DNA of 64,000 nucleotides from Proteromonas lacertae (taxonomy: Eukaryota), in NCBI GenBank assembly GCA_002245135.1, contig NGBS01001188.1:1-64000 (forward strand), read 5' to 3'. The notes under the pieces were generated by a model. It was not told the DNA's origin. It did no database searches and saw only the letters and a list, made by a program, of their open reading frames with translations. Each line of letters opens with the position of its first letter. Within the stretch, counting starts at the first letter, position 1. Below, one piece after another: positions 37,091-48,500 of this stretch. The translations under genes were made by a program, and so were the position numbers.

Positions 37091-37686
37091 AAGGATTTAT
37101 TGAAAATTCACATCGATTTCCATCAAATGAAGGAGATATTATTATTGAGGATTAAAAAAAATGATCATTCAATAATATCTCCTTCATTTGATGGAAATCG
37201 ATGTGAATTTTCAATAAATCCTTTATTGTCAAATGATTTATATATATATTTATTTATATTATAAAATAGAAAGAAAGAGCTCGAATAGAAGAATGTGGTG
37301 GTTGTGTTTTTAAAGCTCCACATAAAGGAATAAAAGGTGAAGATCGAATGTGGGTAAAAGATTGCTTATATCCCGGTTTAATGGTTAGTAGAAGTTTAGG
37401 TGATTCAATAGCTCATGAAATTGGTAATATCACAATGCCAGATACTGTCAAAATGGAATTGACAGTTAATGATGATATCATTATTATAGGAAGCGATGGA
37501 ATTTGGGATGTATTGGATAATGATCAAGTTATTGATATTATTAATACATTGAGGAGTGAAGGAAGTGATGTTAGTGTGTATTGTAAAGAATTATTGAAAT
37601 TTTGTTTAGAAGGATGGAAAATAAGGAACGCAAGTGATAATATTTATATTACCGTTGTTATGTTGCATCATAATCAACTTATTTAA
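35795..37686 (+). CDS. Protein phosphatase 2C (PPM family), probably N-myristoylated
   Basis: MGGCITK start; ENQD, VFDGHG, SGCTA, SNVGDSRA, TDH..P/KERARIEECGG, GLMVSRSLGD, GSDGIWD and DNI motifs. Several introns, including 37057-37269. Confidence 0.95.
37087..37227. repeat. Perfect 57-bp inverted repeat with a 27-nt loop inside a PP2C intron
   Basis: 37087-37143 is the exact reverse complement of 37171-37227; preceded by a (TA)n run at 37058-37087. Confidence 0.97.
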
Positions 37687-37815
37687 TATCATTTTGTTGT
37701 CATTGTTGTTGTAATTGTGTTTTTTAGGATATTTTAACCAATAATAGCTTGAATTCCTATTTCTAAGGCTTGAAACCGTTTTATTTTATAATCTTAAAAT
37801 AGAGAGATTGGTGAA

Positions 37816-38653
37816 ATGTTTTTACATACTGGCCATGTAAAGCATCAAGCCTTAGCAACTATTCCTTCAGAATTCATCAAAGATACTATAGATCGTCAAG
37901 ATTAGTATATTCCATAGCTTTATACTTAATAATGTAGTTATGATGCTAGAAGTAGATTAAATTACGAGACATGGCTAAAAAGAAAATGTCAAACAGAAGG
38001 AAAGAGAGTATAAATAATTCAGATAATTCTGTTAATAGTATCTTCCTCAAATTCGTAAAATAGAAGAACTAAATAAAAAAACTAATGAAACCAATTAGTC
38101 CAATATGTTCTCGTCCATCCACAACAACAGGAACAACCAGAAGAATCAAATTTCAACCAGTTCCACCATCCTATTCTCCAATGAAAACAACTCGATTTTT
38201 TGAAGTTGAAAAACAAGATGATATAAATCCAATACCTATGATCAATGAAGGAGATCATTTACCGCCAGCAGCTGCGTGGATGATTCCTCGTAAAACACCA
38301 ACAATCAGTAAAAAATATTCATATGAAAAATTCAATTATAAAATAAACAATCATTTAATTCCAGCAAATAAAACTAAAACTATGAACAATGTTCAAACAG
38401 ATTATAGAAAGAATTTATATGAAAGTCAATATGATGATGAAGCTGATGAAAGATTGATATTACAAATGAGAAAAGAAGAAATAGAATGTGAAATGAGATT
38501 GTTGAATAATCAAATAGAAGAATTGAATTTGAAGAAAAGAAATAGATCCACACAAAGAGAAGTATATTTTTGTTTTATTTATTTATTTATTAGTTTAATG
38601 AAACTCATAGAAAACCAGAAAGAAGATCTCCTTATATAAATACAATGTTTTAG
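37816..38653 (+). CDS. Hypothetical protein, multi-exon, short C-terminal coiled coil
   Basis: MFLHTGHVKH start; three ~31-33 nt GT-AG introns; needs one indel in the A-run at ~38075. Confidence 0.6.
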
Positions 38654-38794
38654 TTCATTATTAATAAAATGAATTTGTAATTTATTAAATATAATATATA
38701 TATATATTTATGATTTGTTTATTTAAATAATGAAAAGAATTATAAAAAGAAATGTATATATAATTTATATATTATTATTATTTATACTGTTATC

Positions 38795-39269
38795 TTAAAT
38801 ACTCTCTACTTTTGGATTTAATATTTTTGGATTATTTACACTAAGAATAGTTTTACTTTCACTTCTATAATCATATGCGCAATCATGCTTATCAAAATCT
38901 CGATGTTCATTACAATATATATTTCCACATTTACATTTAAAACCTAGATATCCAACCTTTTTATGACATTTTTCACATCTTGTTTTTATGCTTTGTTTTT
39001 CTTTCTCGCTTTCAGTATTTTTATTATCCTTAGACGTTTCAGGTTTGAATTCACTATGTGCTTCTAACAAAATTTATACATATAATGAAATACTTAAATA
39101 TTCATTATAACAAACAGAACAATAGTTCATTTTACTTGGATCACTATTTATAATAGAATAAATATATGTCTTACCCGAAAAAGTTACACTTTTCATTCAA
39201 ACATTTCACAGGAACAGCAACTACCTTTGCTTTATCTTCTATTGGGGCTTTATTAGATTCAGTTGACAT
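38795..39269 (-). CDS. A20/AN1 zinc-finger stress-associated protein (ZFAND5/6-like)
   Basis: A20-like CLNEKCNFFG/DPSKMNYCSVCY split by an intron; AN1 RCEKCHKKVGYLGFKCKCGNIYCNEHRDFDKHDCAYDY..NNPKI..KV. Confidence 0.93.
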
Positions 39270-39631
39270 TTTGTATATAATAAAAAGTGATATAAAAATG
39301 TTATCGAAGTAAAAAACAAAAAAATCACTTTGGAGCGAAACGAATATATTTTAAAATTTTGATCAGTTATACAACACTTTTAAGATATTACCATAAAAAT
39401 GGTTATTACTTACAGAGTAACAACTATAATTGTTGTATAGATTAAATAAATATGATTGGCTTATTTGCTACTCACTTCTTGTAGGTATTTCAACTAATAT
39501 TATGAATGTTTGCATAATTGAATGAAGTAATATACCATTTTTAAATAAAAATAACATCTTCATATATCTCAAAAATAAAAATTAAAAAAAATCGAGCTTG
39601 AAGGTTTGATAAGTTTATTTCTGATTTTAGT

Positions 39632-40081
39632 ATGGAAGGACTGCCTCCTGTCACTTGCATTGGTTCTCTAGCAGAACAATTGAATAGTATTTATGTAATA
39701 GTGATATTTGTGTAGAAAGAGTAATTGTTGTTTTGAAAGATGGAAGACATATTGTTGGAATAATGAGAAATTTTGACCAATATAGTATAAATTAATTGAA
39801 TATATTTATAATTAGGTAATATTACTATCGAAGATGCTTATGAAAGAAGATACGCCGATAATTATTATGGAGACTCTCCAGCTGGGATTTATATTCTTAG
39901 AGGTGAAAATATTGTATTAGTAGGAGAATTAGTATTTTGATGAAATATAATTTGTTAGGATGAAGAAATAGAAGCTCACCATCCAGTATTGACTCGTTTG
40001 ACAGGCAATTCAATACTAGATTATCAAGCTAATATGTGTGCTCCTGATTATCCAGTAGGTTGGAAGATAGAAGATGATTAA
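39632..40081 (+). CDS. LSM1: Sm-like protein LSm1 (absent from the ORF track; 3 introns)
   Basis: GSLAEQLN/KRVIVVLKDGRHIVGIMRNFDQY/.NITIEDAYERRY..YGD..GIYILRGENIVLVGEL. Confidence 0.9.
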
Positions 40082-40102
40082 TTATTCTAATTTACCTTTA
40101 GT

Positions 40103-40110
40103 TGTTTGTT
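40103..40110 (+). terminator. TGTTTGTT putative 3'-end processing motif downstream of LSM1
   Basis: Exact match to the Blastocystis polyadenylation-associated motif 21 nt after the stop; another copy at 34388-34395 after CPSF100. Confidence 0.5.
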
Positions 40111-40264
40111 TTCAAGTTATCAATCTGCATAAATGAGATGTAAATATTATAATTAATAACAAATAATAGTAATATGTATTCTCAATCAAGAGAAAATTGA
40201 AATACAAGTAAAGACAAGTGTATTTGTTTGTATTTTATTCATTTCTCTAAAAAGTCTTCTATCG

Positions 40265-41476
40265 ATGAATTTTTTGAATAAAATACATTTAAATCAATTA
40301 ATTAAATGCAGAAGTACCAGAATTACTGTTTGCTCGTTTCATTCATTCAATAATTCAAATAGAATGTTGAAAAGACCAGTTTTAAATATGTTACAGAAAA
40401 GAAGTATGAGTTTTTTAGAAGGTGGTCAATTTTTTAAATCCAAAGCAGACAGAAACATGTTTATCTTTTATTCAACTGCAGGTGTACTGATATTAGCATC
40501 TATCAGTTGTATTGCTACATGGTCAAGAAAAGTATGAATTATGTATTATTATATGATATAGCAAAATCCAGTATATGAACAGAGTTTCACCAGTATTGGA
40601 TCTCATCCAGAAATAGCCAAACGTTTAGGCACTCCTCTATTTCGTAATAGTAGAACCAAAGGTGGAGATGTGATGGGAATATGTGAATATGAATATGTAA
40701 TAAAAGGTCCATTTGGAAATGCTGTAGTAAAAGTAGAAGGTAAAAAAGATAAAGATACAAATACATGGTCAATTACTAACCAAGTAGTAGAATTTAAAGA
40801 AACAAATGAAGCTTATTTATTATATGAAAATGGTAAGAAATTATTTATCGAAGAAGTAGAAGAAGATATTAATGGTGAAATACCTAAACAAAATCAACCA
40901 ATTAGAATTGAAGATATTCCTGAAAGAGAAGTATATTATTTATATTTTATTTAATATTTTTAAAATAGAGACCTGTCATAGTATTAAATGGTAAAAATTC
41001 AGATGGTAAAGAAATACTCCAACAAGGAAAATCTGTTACTTTAGATGAAAGTCCTTGGTATTATAAAGTAGGAATAATGTTATTGATGGGTATTACTGTT
41101 GGTTTGATTAGTGGAAGGTGTTTTGTCCATTTTCAGAATTTGAAATTCAGAAATAGCACATTAGTGAAAAATGCATTGGTTAAAGTGACTAATAATAAGA
41201 GAGTATGTGATATTATTGGTCAGCCAGTATATATACTGCTATATAAACTATTGTATATAGATCAAACTGAAAGGTAAGAGTGATGGTGTATTAAAGAAGG
41301 AATATGGAAAATTAACTCAAATGATTCAAGGCCCAAAAGGAGTTGGTCAAATTCATTTACAAGCTATTCCTTTTAGAACGAAACAAGATCAGAGTAATGT
41401 TTGGAGGATTACTGATTTATATGTAAGTTTTGAAGGTAGAAACAATGTTAAAATTGATTGTAGCGATGATTTTTAA
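40265..41476 (+). CDS. Mitochondrial-type inner membrane protein with two TM + Tim21/Coa1-like modules
   Basis: Arg/Lys-rich, acid-free N-terminal presequence. Module 1: HPEIAKRLGTPL..IKGPFGNAVV..W. Module 2: NKRVCDIIGQPI..IQGPKGVGQIHL..WRITDLYV. Introns at ~40532-40561, 40931-40968 and 41227-41260 keep one frame. Confidence 0.75.
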
Positions 41477-41582
41477 ATTATAATTCCTTCTATCCTGTTT
41501 ATATGAGCTGCATTTTCATTTTCTAAAAATTAATCAAAAAATATATTCGTTTTAGATTTTTATTTGTGTTTATTTTTGATTA

Positions 41583-44331
41583 ATGGAGGATTCAATCGAC
41601 AATTTGAGTGGTATAGAAAATGTATGGTTATAGAAATATATCATCTTGTTAATACCTTGTAGGTTAATATATCGTTGACTGATAACTCGTTTGAAGATCC
41701 TGTTTTAGTGGCTGTAACATCACCAGATCCTGTAGATACTTCGAATAATATAGATACTATGAGAAGAGGATCTATTGCTTATGAAGAATCACATCATACT
41801 CCAGTCTATTGGTGGGGTAAGATACCAGATGGTTTAGGTGAAATAAAAAATAAACCTACAATAGTCTCAGAATTTGACAACAAAATAATTGTTCAAGTTT
41901 CAGCAAGAGCTCAAAATGCCTTATTTTTATCAGATACAGGTGATGTGTATATGTGTGGTGAAGGATTCACTGATGAAAAGTCATATGAAAAACCTCAGTT
42001 ACTAAATTCATTTATATTAGAAAAAGCATTAAAAGGAATAAGAATCAATTATGTTTGTTGTGGAATGAGTCATGCATTAGCATTAAGTGAAGATGGAAAA
42101 GTATACAGTTGGGGAAACAACAATAATGGAGAACTAGGACATGGGAATAGTAACAATATAAACAGTAACAAACCGGAAATCATCAAAGGATTATTAAAGC
42201 ACACAATACGAAGAATTGGTTGTGGTGCTGAATTTTCAATAGCTATTAGTGATCGTGGTTATGTTTACAGTTGGGGAAATGGTAAATATGGTGTATTAGG
42301 TCATGGAAATGAATTGAATAAATACAGTCCATGTGAAATAAGTGGTTTTCATGTTTTATTACCATGTATGATAAGCTGTGGTTGGTCATTTACTGTATTA
42401 GTTGATGGAAGTGGTAATGTTTATACATGGGGTAGAGGAAGTGAAGGACAATGTGGAAATGGTGATTTGAATAATAATTTAACTCCTAAATATATTGATT
42501 TATTATATAGTAAAGAAAGTAGTCAAAATATAATTGGAGTTGCTTGTGGTTATTTCCACTGTTTAGCTTTGAATGGTGAAGGTGCTGTGTTTAGTTGGGG
42601 ATTAGGAAATAACGGTCAATTAGGTCTAGATTTCTTAAGTGATTTAGAATGTAACAGTAATGACTTTTATCATCCTTTACCAACCAGAATAAAACTGGAT
42701 AAAGAGATAAAAATGATTTCAGCAGGAAGTTTTCATTCAATGTTTGTAAGTAAAGACAATGATGTTTACTTATGTGGTAAAAATGATAATAAACAGTTGA
42801 TATATAATAACAATAACGATATTATATGGACACCTGAAAAATTGAAATTGAATGAATGTCTAAGTGAAGAAGAATTAACAGAAATGGAAAATCTTTCAAT
42901 ATCAAATGTTAGTTCTGGTTTAGAATATAATATATTAATAACTAAAAGAAAAGATGATATTGAGGAATTAAACAATAATAGCAATAGTAATATACCACGA
43001 CAAAGAACTTTTAGTGATATTTTATCAGCTTCTAATAATATCAACTATGCAATGATGAAATTACCATCTTTAAGAGCAATAAAGAAACAATATTTATTAT
43101 ATAGTCAAATTCCATTGAAGAATAATCCATTTACAAAAAATACAGAATCAGATACTACTGCTACCACTAATAATAATAAAAATAATACTTTGAATCAAAT
43201 GGAAATAGATTATAATATGTGGAAAGAGATTATTGAATATTGGAGTATTAAAAAGAATGATAAAAAAGTAAAACAACTTTTTACAAAAGGAATTCCAGCA
43301 CAGTATATATATAATGATAATAATATATTTATATGTTTATAGTTTAAGAAGTATGGTATATCCAATCGTTATAGGAAATCATTTACAAATTACACCATCA
43401 TTGTATGAAATGTTAAAAGAAAGATTAGAAACAAGCCGAAGGCTTGAATCATTACTGAATAAAATGAAAAAAGGTAATAATAATGATGTTAATTTAGATA
43501 TTGATATTGATGTTGATGAAGAAAAAAGTGGAGATTTTACTTCAAATGATGAATATAACAGCAGATCTTATAATAAATCAAGTATTTCATTTGTTTCTGA
43601 CGATTCTATCAGATTAATTCGTTCAGATTTGCCTAGGACATTTCCCTATTTATCTTATTTTGGTGATAATCAACCATTATACAATCAAATGAAAGAAATG
43701 TTGGAAATATTTGTATGTTATAGACCTGATATTGGATATGTTCAAGGAATGAGTTATATTGCTGGAATGTTATGTTTATACTGTCTAAATGATAATTATA
43801 TATTATTCCAATGTTTTAGTAACTTGTTATTAAATCGACATATGTTTGGTTTTTTGAGATTAGAAAGTAAAATATTAGAATATTATTGGGACGCTTTTAA
43901 AATAGCATTAAAGAATAAGAATAAAGCTTTAAGTGAACATTTAGAGAAGATAGATCTTAGTCCTGGTATGTATTTGTTACAGTGGATGGAGACTTTATTC
44001 TTACAGTGTTTACCATTCGAATTAGCTTGTAGATTATTTGATGGGTATATTTATGAAGGAACTAGTTATTTATATAAAGCTGCTTTGTGTATTTTGGAGT
44101 TATTAAGTTCAGAATTGATTGATCAACCATTAGAGTATATTTTAATTGTATATTTATAGTGTATGTGCTCAAATATTGACAAGTTCTCCTGGAACATTTG
44201 AAATATGGAGTAAATATGTGAATGAAGATAATTTAATTCCAAAAATAATGAAATGTTCACTTCCTAATAGCGTAAATCAAATGTTGGATAGCCTTTGTCA
44301 AGATGTGTATGTGTTTAAGGAAAGTGAGTAG
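41583..44331 (+). CDS. RCC1-repeat and TBC (Rab-GAP) domain protein
   Basis: Repeated CG..H.LAL..G.VYSWG..GQLG RCC1 blades; TBC GIP..LR, IRSDLPRTFP (R finger) and YVQGM (Q finger). Introns near 41622-41663, 43303-43341 and ~44128-44159. Confidence 0.92.
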
Positions 44332-44444
44332 AATTTGTTTATAATTAATTCCTATTATACTTTTAATCATTCATTTTTTTGATTTTTAGGATTTTATTTC
44401 AAACCAAATGCTTGTTCAAAATAGTTTTATATTAATTGAAAAAT

Positions 44445-45259
44445 ATGTCTATTAAAGACTACAATGAGCAAATAAACAGTATAATTCAAATCTATAATGC
44501 AATATAGAATTAACTTCTAGAAATGGTGAGAGTTGGACTTCAATACTGTCTGAAAAAGAAGAAGAAGAAGATAATGCTCATTTGTATTACTGTTTGATTA
44601 TTTATATGAATATAAATAGATTAGACACATTATATTCAAAGAAATATGTATAATTTATAGTTTTAGTGACTAGACTTGTACAGACATTCTTAATGTAAAT
44701 CCTTTAAATTATTCGTCGAATGTAGTAAGATGTAATAATTGTAAAAGAGTAGTTCATGTATATTCACAAATATCAAGTTCTGTATAGATATTATCTGCTA
44801 AAACTCATATGATGAATTGCCAAAACAATCAAGCATCAAAACCACATAATGTAGTGTATAGTTCATTATTTTAAATATTATTAATTGAATAGAAAAGAAA
44901 CAATAAGGAAAGAAATAGACTATATTCCAGATTCATCTATTGATCCATTGATTAATCCATTTTTAAATGATTTCAAAGAAAAATTAGAACAACCTAAGAA
45001 ATATGAAACATCATTTGATTCAAATAATTCTGTAAAATATGAAATTAGATCAGGCGAATAATCACAGTCAACAGATATATTATTTACTGTAAGTTTTTAT
45101 AATTATTCCATTTTTATAATGATATATAGAAAAGCTGAAAGTTCAATTAATGTAGATTCTTTTTTGACTAAGCCAGATGTAATTAATTCAAATACAAATA
45201 GTAGAGTTGTTACACAACGTAGATCTCAACAAAACTACAGAAATGTGACTCCTTTTTAA
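44445..45259 (+). CDS. Small multi-exon protein with an Sgf73/ataxin-7 (or Sgf11)-like C2HC zinc finger
   Basis: About six ~30-nt introns; spliced NVNPLNYSSNVVRCNNCKRVVH/ILSAKTHMMNC gives Cx2C-x11-H-x3-C. Absent from the ORF track. Confidence 0.5.
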
Positions 45260-45501
45260 ATAATATAAAAATATTCTTCTTTTTGTGATTAAGAAATTAT
45301 TTTTATATTTATTATCACATAATGAAATAATTCTTCTTTAAATCAAGTGACTGGATGTGAGTCTCATTCATTATCGTAAATTACACCACCAACTTTCTTT
45401 GTCCAGTCCTTGTAGAACACATATCATTTGTGTAATGAGACTGATACAATATTTTTTATTTTCAAGACCAGAAAACCGAAAATCCAACATAACATTTTTA
45501 A

Positions 45502-48500
45502 ATGAACTATTTCTTCATATTCTTTTTGTCTATATGTATAAATTCAGTAAATATTGTTATAATAGGTATTACTGCTTCGATTGAGCAGAATGCAGAAAAG
45601 AACTCAACTGAAAGAGGTATAAAACAGAAAATGAAAGGATCTGGATTGAATATAGAATTACCAATCGGTGAGAATGAGGTTGTAAATGATGAAGCGACAA
45701 ATAGAATCGTCTCAGCTTGTGATGGTTCAGATCATATAGTTTCCCTTTATTATGAGACAGAAAATAGGTAATAGATTACTTCCTGACAAGATGAATGAAA
45801 ATATGAAAATTGAAGAATTCAGTTTATATTTAGGTGAAAAGAAGATTGACTTGTCAAAGCTGTTTAAATCAGAAGTAAAGGATGGTAGACAATCTACTAC
45901 AATATGTCTTGAAGAAGGTATTTATGAAATTAGTAAGAAGTGAAGAAAGAAAAGAAAGATGGTCATTAGATATTCTGAGGATTGAAATTGAAAGGTAAAA
46001 CCATTGCAGCAATAAATATGAATGATTTGAAGGAAGGAGAGGTTGTGAAAGTAAATATAGGAAGTTCTAAAGAAAAGAAGTCTTCTGTAAGACAATTAGT
46101 TAGCTATATTGTATTAGCAGAAAGTAGTGAATGGGGATATTCGTTTAAATCACAAGATGGTATTTCTTGGAATAATGAAGAGAATGATTGGATAAGTTAT
46201 ATTCCAACAGGTTATCCGATCAAAACCGCAATTACCACTTATTATCGAACTAAATTCATTCTTCCTGATATATCAGCAATGAATGGTCCAATCTTGAAAG
46301 TGAAATATACTGATGGTTTAATAGTTTATGTAAATGGAATAGAAATCTTTCGAAAGAACATGCCGATTAGGAGAAATAACTTCAGAAACCAAAGCCATCA
46401 AATCATTTTCTACAGTTATTGAATCAACAATAACAATTCCTCAATCAATAATCAAAAGTTTTGACAATTTTCATAGGAATAGAAATTCATAAAAGTGAAT
46501 CAAGTCCATTTAATCAAGAAGACAAATTCTCAGCTTCAATTGAAACAGTTGATAGAGGATTGTATTCACAAACAACAGCATCTAATGTAGATATAACAGT
46601 AAGATCACAAGCTGGAAATGTACCTACGATAGGAAATCTTCTAACTAACATGTTTTCTATAAATACAGGTTCATTGTGGAGTTACTTTAGATAGATTAGG
46701 AGCAGCAAAGTGGTTTCCAATGAATTTCAATTTTACATTTAGAAATCATGTAGCTAAGTATGTAAATCAATTTAGAATAAGTGGATGTTCAAATAATGAT
46801 TTTACTCATCCACAGAACATAAAGATATATGGTTCAGTTGATAGTGAGAATATAAATTGGATATTACTTTTTGAAAATACAAATTTGGGTTTATCAGTAA
46901 AAGATTGTAGTACTCTTTCAACTTATGCATTAAATCCGGTTAATAAAGCTTTTGAAAGTTATAGATTGGAAGTTATAACTACAAATCAATATACTACAGG
47001 TGAAACGCAATGGGGACATTATATTCAATTCAAATTATTTATATTAGATGAAAAACCACTTTCCATATGTCAAGCAAATGAGAATTATCCTTCTACTAAT
47101 ATTGGAATGACTTCAATTGCTTATTGTGGAAGTGGATATAAAGAAGTAACATGTGGAAATGGTGGATCATTTGAAGCTGAAGATGATCATGGATGTGATA
47201 ATGATTTAATCAAAAGTGAATGGCAATATACTGATTCTGCACCATCTTCTGATAAATGGAATAATGAATATATCGATGGAGATAATGGGTGGATAAAGAA
47301 ATCTTCATCATTTCCTGATTTTACATCATCTATTAGATATTATCGAAATTATTTTATGATAAATGATTTATCAGTAAGTGGATCACCCAAACTGAAAATC
47401 ACATATCAAGATGGTATAAAGATATATATAAATGGAAATGAAATATTCAAACGAAATTTGAATGGAAATATAATAGTTCCATTTGCTTCAGCAACTGAAG
47501 AAACAATATTAATTCCTTTACCTGTTTTATTGAATGGAAGAAACATAATTGGAATAGAAATCCATAAATCTGATTCATCAGGTGTAGATCCGATTGATTG
47601 TTTCATTAGAATATATGAAATTGACAATAAGTACAGTAACAACATTAGATACAGTAAATGTGGATGAAATTGGTTTAGAATCTCTGAAAACGGGAAAAAC
47701 ATGTATAGATAAAGAGATTTGGATAGAGTATTAGTATTTAGTGATGTTAAGCACTGATCAAAATCGTGATTTTTGTAGTATTACAATAGAAGAGGCGAAA
47801 AAAAGGAGAGTATTTTCCATTTTATATAACATACAAATTCAATGAATATAATGCTTTTTATTTCAATGAATTTAAGATAAGTGGTTGTAGTAATAATTAT
47901 GATAATCATCCAAAGAATATAAAGATATTAGGAGCAACAGATAAAGATCATCCAGAATGGGAAGAACTATATTCCAATACTGAATTTAGGATTAAAGGTA
48001 CAGCAAAATTAGAACAGTGTAATGAAATTAAAACCTTTCCATTAAGAAATGTAAGAAAATCATATGAAAGTTACAGATTAGAGGTTGTTGATACACTGAA
48101 AATTATGATGCAGAATTGTATGGAAATTACATTCAATATAGATTGTTTATATTAAATTCAATTTCACTTCCTGTTTGTTATAGTTATGATGGTTTTGAAA
48201 AAGTATTTGCTGGTGAAACATCAATAATGAAATGCCAAAGTGGATATAAAGAAAGAAGATGTTTAGAGAATGGAATATGGGAAGATGCAATAACAGATCA
48301 TGAATGTAAAATGGTAAATTATTATATCTCAACCAAACCATATCATCAAAATAGTATTACATTAGAAAAAGAAATAAAATCCTTATCAATAACAATCCCA
48401 GGATTAACATATAGTGGAAATACACTTACATTGAAAAGTGATGAAGAATTAGAATATGTTAAAACAACAATCATAACCTTCAAAGATGATTCAACAGCTG

